Below, one piece after another: positions 26,778-33,883 of a stretch of DNA of 35,984 bases. The notes below the pieces were generated by a model. The model saw only the letters and a program-made list of their open reading frames with translations. It ran no database searches and had not been told where the DNA came from. This DNA comes from a phage, in sequence record PX516787.1, one strand, 5' to 3'. Position numbers and translations under genes: made by a program. Numbering within the stretch: position 1 is the first letter of the stretch; every line of letters begins with the position of its first letter.

Positions 26778-27973
26778 CAAATCGTTTGAATTACCCAGAA
26801 TATTGGGCGCAGGATGGCGAAGCACTTGACCCCGATTTGGATACGACTGCACCATCCTATATCCCAGACCGATACGAAAATGTCGGCTGGGAAGCTGAAA
26901 AGCCTCCCGAACAATGGCAGAACTTCTTAACTCAAATCACTGACGTTAAGATTCGAGATATGTTGGTTGGTGGGATATTGCAATGGTGTGATACCGTAAC
27001 ATATTCGCTTGGCGCTTTTGCAATAGTTGATGGTAAGATTTATCAGAAGCGGGAAGAGATTCCTGGCAATATAAGTCCTCCAACCTCCGGAAGTGGTTGG
27101 CAAGAGGTTCTTGAGACAAACCTTGTTAAGTTTAATGAAAAGGTTCAATATCTCAAGAATGTGTTCAATGCTCATATGGCAGAACAGAACCCTCATAAAG
27201 ATACTGTAGACACAATTGTTGATGGGACATACCTTCAAGAATATGTGTACGACAGATTCGCCAGCGACGAACGAGTTACAACAATCCCATATCACATCTC
27301 CAGAACCGGCGCATCTGTCCACAGAGTAACTCCAGAACAGCTTGGAACACTTCCAACATCTGGTGGGACTTTCACAGGACCGATAACTTTCACCGAAGAA
27401 GCATATGCTGGTGGCGGTGTTTCACAATATGTACACCGAAATGATTCGACTGGCATATTCGAATTGGTTAATGGGACTACTGCAATTGGTGTGGACAGTA
27501 GTGGTCATGCGTGGTTCATAAACTCCGCCGGTGCTTTTGAAATCATTACGGAAGCAAACTACAACAAGTTCAACATTAAGTATGGGAACCAGTTTGCACT
27601 CCCTGTTCCAATGCTTCGTGCTGACTTTCATGAAGACATTAATGACGCAGGGTCTGTTGGTCTGTGGACCGTTGAGACAACCACTGCCCCAGAATTTTGG
27701 TATGGCGGATTTAACATCTCCAACAATGGGTTGAAGTTCTTTGGACCAACCTTCAATATCCCGACCACTGTGGTTGTTGTAGTTACTACCGATGAAGTTG
27801 ATGTAGTTATGCGAACTTCTAATGAAGATTCTTTCAGCTTTCCAGACGGACTTGACCTGAAAGACTACATTGATAACAAACTCTTTGCAGATAAGAATGT
27901 AATGGCTCTAAGATTCTTTGAGGTATATCCAAGACTTTCTGCTAACCAAATCTCTATGCTTGCGAGACGATAA
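26774..27973 (+). CDS. tail fibre protein
   Basis: 399 aa with an ATGA overlap to the previous gene. Contains GGTFTGPITF, a motif shared with the next fibre gene. Confidence 0.55.
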   Translation: MTNRLNYPEYWAQDGEALDPDLDTTAPSYIPDRYENVGWEAEKPPEQWQNFLTQITDVKIRDMLVGGILQWCDTVTYSLGAFAIVDGKIYQKREEIPGNISPPTSGSGWQEVLETNLVKFNEKVQYLKNVFNAHMAEQNPHKDTVDTIVDGTYLQEYVYDRFASDERVTTIPYHISRTGASVHRVTPEQLGTLPTSGGTFTGPITFTEEAYAGGGVSQYVHRNDSTGIFELVNGTTAIGVDSSGHAWFINSAGAFEIITEANYNKFNIKYGNQFALPVPMLRADFHEDINDAGSVGLWTVETTTAPEFWYGGFNISNNGLKFFGPTFNIPTTVVVVVTTDEVDVVMRTSNEDSFSFPDGLDLKDYIDNKLFADKNVMALRFFEVYPRLSANQISMLARR

Positions 27974-29364
27974 TGTTAAGACCAAAACTTAATAGAGTCT
28001 GGACTTCAAACAATGCCAACCTACGGCGTGACCCTGGGGATGCCAAATATCTCCAAGGGTGGATTGCAGAAATCCCAACCTTCCAGGTTCTTAACTATTT
28101 GCAGTATAAGGTTGACACTACTCTCCTAGCACTGGCTGAGCGTGGTGTCTTCGAATGGGGAACCGATGTTCAGTATGGACTTGGTTCCCTCGTGTGGGAT
28201 GATGCAACTCGAACTGTTTATGTTGCAACTGTTGGTTCTCCTAGCCGTACTTTACGTCCTAGTGAGAACTTGGGGCAGTGGGCTGCAAGTGCTATTCAAG
28301 TATCTCGTTACGACTACGATGATATTGTTAGCAAGATTTCTGCACACATCGCAGATACCACTTCCAACCCACATCGACTGACAGCCAATATGATTGGTGC
28401 ATACAACAAAGCACAAATCGATTCGCTGATTTCTCAGTACAATGCCCTTGTTGCGAGTCATGCCAATGACCGGAACAATCCTCATAAAGTAACTGCTGCC
28501 CAGGCAGGTGCTGTTCCTGTCGCTGGAGGTACTTACACCGGACCTGTTACATTCCAGCAAGGTATGCTGTTCGATGTAAGCGGTACTTCTAAGTTATCGT
28601 TTGGTCCTGCTGGCCTTTATATGCAGTCAGGTGACGAACGTATTGGGCTGGATGCCAGTGGTGTTCCGGTTGTTGGTAAGGCATCAACAAACACCAACTC
28701 TCGAATTATTACTGATGCAATATTTGCAGAAGTTAAGGCGCGAGAAGAGCCAAAGTATGCAGTACCTGCACCAAATTTCTGTCAGCACTTGATTGGCGAT
28801 TTTAATATCAACTCTGGCAAGGGTGCAATCAATGCCTCCGACAGTCTATATTTTAACAACGATTATGGTGGCGCTCTGTACAGAACTGCTGGGCAGGATG
28901 TTCGAGAAACTCTTTACGAAGGTGCGGGATACGGATTTACAGACTGCACAATCTGTGTGGATGTTCTTTCCAACTCACCTCGTGCGCCGAGCAGTGACGA
29001 TTCTGTTGGCGTATTCTTCTCCCTAAATGGATTGAATAGTGAGAACATAGACTTCTATTTGCAGAACAAGGGGCAGCTCAACCTTAACCGAAATGCCTCT
29101 GGTGCTAGTGACTGGATTTACTATAATCTCCCTAACCGAGTGAATCGCTGGTATCGTATTGCTGCAACCCTAAGCACGACCACTGGACTTGAAATATACG
29201 TTGATGGTGTTCGTGTGGCTTCTGATGCCTCGCAGAATGGTGCGGCTGCATGTGTTGGCAGGTATCCTCAGATTCATTTCCAGCCAACATCAAGAAACTA
29301 TGCTGTTCGCAACTTCCGAGTTTGGGATTTCAAAATGACACCAAACCAAATCTCTACTTTATAA
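27973..29364 (+). CDS. tail fibre protein with C-terminal LamG / concanavalin-like lectin domain
   Basis: 463 aa, TAATG overlap. Contains GGTYTGPVTF; the C-terminal NRWYRIAATLSTTTGLEIYVDGVRVAS is typical of a LamG-like jelly-roll domain. Confidence 0.55.
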   Translation: MLRPKLNRVWTSNNANLRRDPGDAKYLQGWIAEIPTFQVLNYLQYKVDTTLLALAERGVFEWGTDVQYGLGSLVWDDATRTVYVATVGSPSRTLRPSENLGQWAASAIQVSRYDYDDIVSKISAHIADTTSNPHRLTANMIGAYNKAQIDSLISQYNALVASHANDRNNPHKVTAAQAGAVPVAGGTYTGPVTFQQGMLFDVSGTSKLSFGPAGLYMQSGDERIGLDASGVPVVGKASTNTNSRIITDAIFAEVKAREEPKYAVPAPNFCQHLIGDFNINSGKGAINASDSLYFNNDYGGALYRTAGQDVRETLYEGAGYGFTDCTICVDVLSNSPRAPSSDDSVGVFFSLNGLNSENIDFYLQNKGQLNLNRNASGASDWIYYNLPNRVNRWYRIAATLSTTTGLEIYVDGVRVASDASQNGAAACVGRYPQIHFQPTSRNYAVRNFRVWDFKMTPNQISTL

Positions 29365-29373
29365 GGTAATGTA

Positions 29374-30726
29374 ATGGCTAAAGGTTGGTCATTTGGCGGC
29401 TTAATTGCCGCCTTAAAGTCTGCTGCATTCTTAAATGCAGGTACTGCTCGTGGTGAAGTAATCACTGTTGGACAAAAGAATGCCCAGATTCCAACCACAG
29501 CATTTGTAACAAACTTCAATTTCAATACATACACATTCACCAATGGTGAAGTTCTATATGTTGAGATGAACTCTGCTGTAAACGTTCCACCAGAGTTACA
29601 GAAGTGGGACCTTGGGAAGTTCAGTGGTGCATATGTAATTATAACTGTGCTTGGAATTTCTGATAACAGCAATGCCTCCATCCTCGTAACACATGGTGAG
29701 GCAGCACGACCTCCAATCATGTACTACTCTCGCGGACCGTCTGGTAGCAGGTCGTACACAGCGCAACCCCTAATGTCTTGCAAGGATGCCGGAAGCGCGA
29801 ACATTAACCTGTTTACAGGTGCGTCAGATGTTGGTGTTTATTATCAAGAGTCTGATGCTGTTGCTGGTTCTGCTGGTGGCTATCCAGCAGCACATGCTGG
29901 CACACTGGAAGTTTTGCCAACTGCATATGGTGTACAGCAACGCTATACATCCATATATGGTAACGTTTGGGTTCGTAGTCGTACGCTTGATTCCTCGCAG
30001 AATTGGGCTGATTGGAGGGAGCTTGCACGAGTAAATCAGCGCGACCGCATCACAGAAGTTGGTGCAATGGAGTTGTATAACGATATTCCATACATCGACT
30101 TCCACTATGCAAACTCTGGTTTAGACTACACTGCACGTATTATCGCAGAAGGATACAATCAGTTAGCTTTACGTGGAACTGGTCAAGACTTCAAGCTGTT
30201 CCTGAGTGGGCAGTATCGCGGTATCACTTGGGGCCGTGGTTGGGGCCAAGAGACAGATGGGCACGTCCCTTATGGAGTGTACAACTGTGAAGTTGGTCCA
30301 GATGCCTGGGTCCCAATCTTGACGCTACAAACTGTAACAACTGGTCAAGGGTATGGAACTCATATTTCGTTTGGTGCATATAGCAGAAATAATGATTTCT
30401 CAAGTCCTGTAATCTCCAGACGTGGTGATAATGGTGCCGTACACAACTGGACATTCCAGAATGACGGCAACATCGACTACACTGGCAATGGTGGTCCTTT
30501 CCGATTTGCACGAGAGAATTGGGCAAACGCTTCTTTCATAAGAGACATTCGCCTGGCCTCCTACCAAGAGTCTACCACATGGCATGGCTATGGATATCGA
30601 GATGAATCTGGTTGGGTAATCACCGCTGTAATCAACCAAACTGCTGACGAACTTATAGACTATATTGGTCGTCGCAGATTGCAGAAATATGTGAATGGAG
30701 CATGGTATGACTGCTATTCTACGTAA
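29374..30726 (+). CDS. tail fibre / receptor-binding protein
   Basis: 450 aa, third consecutive fibre-like ORF, with the TAAGGTAA SD-like motif upstream. Confidence 0.5.
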   Translation: MAKGWSFGGLIAALKSAAFLNAGTARGEVITVGQKNAQIPTTAFVTNFNFNTYTFTNGEVLYVEMNSAVNVPPELQKWDLGKFSGAYVIITVLGISDNSNASILVTHGEAARPPIMYYSRGPSGSRSYTAQPLMSCKDAGSANINLFTGASDVGVYYQESDAVAGSAGGYPAAHAGTLEVLPTAYGVQQRYTSIYGNVWVRSRTLDSSQNWADWRELARVNQRDRITEVGAMELYNDIPYIDFHYANSGLDYTARIIAEGYNQLALRGTGQDFKLFLSGQYRGITWGRGWGQETDGHVPYGVYNCEVGPDAWVPILTLQTVTTGQGYGTHISFGAYSRNNDFSSPVISRRGDNGAVHNWTFQNDGNIDYTGNGGPFRFARENWANASFIRDIRLASYQESTTWHGYGYRDESGWVITAVINQTADELIDYIGRRRLQKYVNGAWYDCYST

Positions 30727-31237
30727 CTATAAAGGGTTTGTTGAGAATACAAACCTGACTGAAAAACAACAAGTGCTCAAGGACGAGCACAAGATTCTCT
30801 TCGGTTGTGACGAGAATGGAACATGTTGGTATAAAATTCGTGATTCTTTAAAGGACGGTACAGCCAAAGTTGTGTACGAAAATGATGGGACTATTCGACA
30901 CATTGACTTTGGTCCTGGTGATACTGTGGCCACACCGCTGGGTGGGAACATAGTTGAGCTGGAGTCGCTGCCAGAGGGTGTTGAAGAAAACAGACACTTT
31001 TGGAAGTTTGATGGTGAGAAGTTTGTCGAGCATAAAGAAAACCGTGTGAAATACAACGAGTTTATGCGTAAGAAGAAACTTGCACCATTGACGGAAGAAA
31101 TTGGCATTCTCACTGACATGGTTGAGCTTGGCATGGCCAAGAAGTCTGACAACGAACTGCTTATTAAACTCAAGAAGAAGCGTATCAAACTGTCTCAACT
31201 CGACCTAACCGAAACAATCGACTGGAATGAATTCTAA
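30695..31237 (+). CDS. hypothetical protein (possible tail fibre assembly factor)
   Basis: 180 aa, follows the fibre genes; an alternative ATG at 30707 is in frame. Positional guess only. Confidence 0.35.
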   Translation: MEHGMTAILRNYKGFVENTNLTEKQQVLKDEHKILFGCDENGTCWYKIRDSLKDGTAKVVYENDGTIRHIDFGPGDTVATPLGGNIVELESLPEGVEENRHFWKFDGEKFVEHKENRVKYNEFMRKKKLAPLTEEIGILTDMVELGMAKKSDNELLIKLKKKRIKLSQLDLTETIDWNEF

Positions 31238-31578
31238 TGGATAGACAAACTTTCCAGATGATTTGGGAAGCAATGCACCAATACGGCGTTTGGCATGGAC
31301 TGTTGGCTGGACTGACAGCCTTAATCCGTGGTGCATATGAGAGTGAGGGTTTAAGCAAAGCGTTGCTGGATGCGACGCTATGCAGCTTAATCGGCCTGTT
31401 TGCATTTCAGGTCGCAGGTACATTTGAAACTTTCACAACTAACGTTACTATGCAGTTGGTGTTAGCTATTGTGATTGGTGTCATTGGTGCCAACCTCATT
31501 ATCACAACTGTCAGAGAAAGTTTCTCTGGCGCAATCAAACAACTTAATCCTTTGACGTGGTTCAAGAAGGCACGATGA
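31237..31578 (+). CDS. putative holin (three hydrophobic segments)
   Basis: 113 aa with three hydrophobic stretches (GLLAGLTALIRGAY, LCSLIGLFAFQVAG, MQLVLAIVIGVIGANLIITTV), immediately upstream of the endolysin. Confidence 0.5.
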   Translation: MDRQTFQMIWEAMHQYGVWHGLLAGLTALIRGAYESEGLSKALLDATLCSLIGLFAFQVAGTFETFTTNVTMQLVLAIVIGVIGANLIITTVRESFSGAIKQLNPLTWFKKAR

Positions 31579-31595
31579 AATGGTAAGGAACCCGA

Positions 31596-32150
31596 ATGTT
31601 ATCATTCAAAGTCCTTGCACTTCTGACAGCTTTAGTTCACATCAACGCCCCAGCTTCGGTTGGGGCAGTGAATTCTGCTATTACAGATTTTGCAAGTCAC
31701 TCTTATTTAAATGGAAGTCTGAAACTATCTTCTTCACAACGCAAAGAGCTAGAATGCTACACTAAAGTTATCTGGTATGAAGCTCGCGGAGAAGACAAAC
31801 ATGGAAAGATTCTGGTAGCTAATGTCGTCCGTAATAGAACTAAGTTCGGGAAGCCATTCGCTAACACCGTTTGTGATGTTGTCTATCAACGCAACCAATT
31901 TGCATGGACACGAGAAGCAAAGAAGAAGAATGCTCAATGGAAGCATGTAGCAAAGGTTAATTATGCCACAGAACAACAACAAGTTCTGGACACTATTAAC
32001 GTTGCAATCTCTTTTGTATTATTTAATCAACCCTCTGTCACCAAAGCAACCCACTTTTGTACAGCATCGGAGAAGTGCAACTTCAAGAATGTTAAAGGTT
32101 TGGGACGTTATGGTGGCCATAAATTCTATGAGTATCTAGGAAATCTGTAA
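31596..32150 (+). CDS. endolysin, SleB-type cell wall hydrolase with N-terminal signal peptide / signal-anchor
   Basis: N-terminus [24 protein letters not shown] looks like a signal peptide; [22 protein letters not shown] ... [11 protein letters not shown] matches the SleB (Hydrolase_2) core. AAGGA 5 nt upstream of the ATG. Confidence 0.8.
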   Translation: MLSFKVLALLTALVHINAPASVGAVNSAITDFASHSYLNGSLKLSSSQRKELECYTKVIWYEARGEDKHGKILVANVVRNRTKFGKPFANTVCDVVYQRNQFAWTREAKKKNAQWKHVAKVNYATEQQQVLDTINVAISFVLFNQPSVTKATHFCTASEKCNFKNVKGLGRYGGHKFYEYLGNL

Positions 32151-33250
32151 TGGCTTACACTACCTTTTCACAAACCAAGAATAACCAACTATTAGAGCCA
32201 ATGTTCTTTGGTCAGAACGTTAACGTTGCTCGATATGACCAACAGAAGTACAGCATCTTCGAGAAGTTAATCGAGAAGCAGTTATCTTTCTTTTGGCGAC
32301 CTGAGGAGGTTGATGTTAGCCAGGACCGAATTGACTATGCTGGTCTGCCTGAATGCGAGAAGCACATCTTCACAAGCAATTTACGATACCAAATCCTGCT
32401 TGATTCCATTCAGGGACGTGGACCAACTACAGTTTTGCTGCCAATTGTGAGCATTCCTGAGCTGGAAACTTGGATTGAAACTTGGTCATTCTCAGAGACA
32501 ATTCACTCTCGTTCTTACACGCATATTATTCGTAATATCGTGACAGACCCTAGCGTAATTTTCGATGAAATTGTGGAGAATGAGCACATCAAAATGCGTG
32601 CAATCGGCATCTCCCAATATTATGACGAGCTTCAACATCTGACTTCCATGTGGCATCTGCATGAAGATAAAGTTTCTCTTCGTGAGCTTAAGAAGAAGCT
32701 ATATTTATGCCTCATGTCCATCAATGCACTGGAAGCAATCCGCTTCTATGTTAGCTTTGCTTGCTCATTTGCCTTCGCTGAACGTAAGTTAATGGAAGGA
32801 AATGCCAAGATTATTCGCTTAATTGCTCGTGATGAAGCACTCCATTTGACCGGAACTCAACACATGCTGAACCTTCTTGCAAGCGGTGTTGATGACCCAG
32901 AAATGGCAGAAATTGCTAAAGAATGCCGTCAAGAATGCCAACTCATGTTCGAAAATGTGGCCCAACAAGAGAAGGATTGGGCTGATTATTTGTTCAAAGA
33001 TGGCTCAATGATTGGCTTAAACAAGCAAATTCTATGCGGATATGTGGAATATATCACGAATATTCGTATGCAAGCAGTTGGATTGGATGCTCCATTCAAA
33101 GGTGCTACTAACCCGATTCCTTGGATTAACGCATGGTTGAATTCGGATGCTGTACAAGTTGCTCCACAGGAAACGGAGATTAGTTCGTACCTTGTCGGGC
33201 AGATTGACTCCGAAGTGGATACCAATGCCCTGGGCGGATTTGAGCTGTAA
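32150..33250 (+). CDS. nrdB: ribonucleotide reductase class Ia beta subunit
   Basis: Full-length (366 aa), with the di-iron ligand regions ([39 protein letters not shown]). From memory it is near-collinear with enterobacterial NrdB, apart from an apparent internal deletion of about 10 aa near [13 protein letters not shown]. Confidence 0.95.
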   Translation: MAYTTFSQTKNNQLLEPMFFGQNVNVARYDQQKYSIFEKLIEKQLSFFWRPEEVDVSQDRIDYAGLPECEKHIFTSNLRYQILLDSIQGRGPTTVLLPIVSIPELETWIETWSFSETIHSRSYTHIIRNIVTDPSVIFDEIVENEHIKMRAIGISQYYDELQHLTSMWHLHEDKVSLRELKKKLYLCLMSINALEAIRFYVSFACSFAFAERKLMEGNAKIIRLIARDEALHLTGTQHMLNLLASGVDDPEMAEIAKECRQECQLMFENVAQQEKDWADYLFKDGSMIGLNKQILCGYVEYITNIRMQAVGLDAPFKGATNPIPWINAWLNSDAVQVAPQETEISSYLVGQIDSEVDTNALGGFEL

Positions 33251-33398
33251 CGATTATATGTGAGAAGAGATTCGATGCGTTAGCGTCGTTTCTCTTTGAG
33301 CTAGGATAAAACAAGTAAATTAAATATCTATTTATTCCCAATATTGCTACAATATTAAGAGTAATATTAGGAATGCGTAAAGTTAAAACCAAATGATA

Positions 33399-33471
33399 CA
33401 TGGTCGGTCAACTGTACCTGGATAGAAATTCGTTCATGGTCGGTCAGCTGTATCTAGACGAAATTTGTTCG
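33399..33471 (+). repeat. tandem direct repeat, two copies of about 36 nt (CATGGTCGGTCARCTGTAYCT...)
   Basis: Copy 1 at 33399-33434 and copy 2 at 33435-33471, roughly 80% identical, read directly from the sequence. Confidence 0.7.
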
Positions 33472-33493
33472 AATGGAAAACCGACTATTAATA

Positions 33494-33518
33494 TTTTTTT
33501 TTTATAATTTTTTTTTTT
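33494..33518 (+). repeat. two homopolymeric T tracts (10 and 11 T) separated by ATAA
   Basis: T10 at 33494-33503 and T11 at 33508-33518, within an AT-rich segment flanked by AATATT palindromes. Confidence 0.8.
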
Positions 33519-33544
33519 AATTTAAATATTGCTACAGAATTAAT

Positions 33545-33607
33545 GAGACTAGAATTCGTAACAAGCTACGAGACTAGAATTGTTTCAATATTAACGAGAC
33601 TAGAATT
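33545..33607 (+). repeat. three phased direct repeats GAGACTAGAATT (iteron-like or tandem promoter-like array)
   Basis: Exact 12-mers at 33545-33556, 33570-33581 and 33596-33607, spaced 25 and 26 bp apart, each followed by a CAATATT-type element. Confidence 0.8.
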
Positions 33608-33837
33608 GTGGCAATATTATAATTTTTATTTTTGGGCCAACGGGGAGGGGAAGCCCAACGTCCTATCGGACTTAAATACGGTCCCTACTCCAACTTTTTC
33701 CTACAGCCTATCGGCTTTCAAACAACACCAAGTTAGGCGCTTCGCTTATGGGTCAAGGTCAAAGTCTCCGTGCTGTTGTAACAATGGCACAGGTTTGTGA
33801 TATTAGTTGGAAGTGAATTGTGTAATGGCTACGCTAT

Positions 33838-33843
33838 TATAAT
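33838..33843 (+). promoter_or_regulatory. candidate host sigma70 -10 element (TATAAT) upstream of the RNAP gene
   Basis: Perfect TATAAT about 40 nt upstream of the RNAP start codon. No convincing -35 hexamer at 17 +/- 1 bp (TTGTGA at 33794-33799 is too far). Confidence 0.25.
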
Positions 33844-33883
33844 CCGTTTCAGTTAAATCATACACAATCTTGGAGACTTACAA

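Noticed and set aside
33265-33296. Rho-independent terminator immediately after nrdB
   Set aside because: Only a short AAGAGA / TCTCTT complementarity with an irregular interior could be found, too weak to list as a feature; it is noted only inside the intergenic-region finding.
33460-33480. Possible tRNA T-arm (GTTCGAATGG) in the intergenic region
   Set aside because: The flanking bases cannot form the 5-bp T-stem and no acceptor or anticodon arm can be built around it, so no tRNA is called.
33543-33800. 85-aa + strand ORF inside the nrdB-RNAP intergenic region
   Set aside because: It runs through the tandem repeats and the poly-T-flanked segment, has no RBS, and its sequence is low-complexity and dictated by the repeats. 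The region is interpreted as noncoding regulatory or origin DNA.
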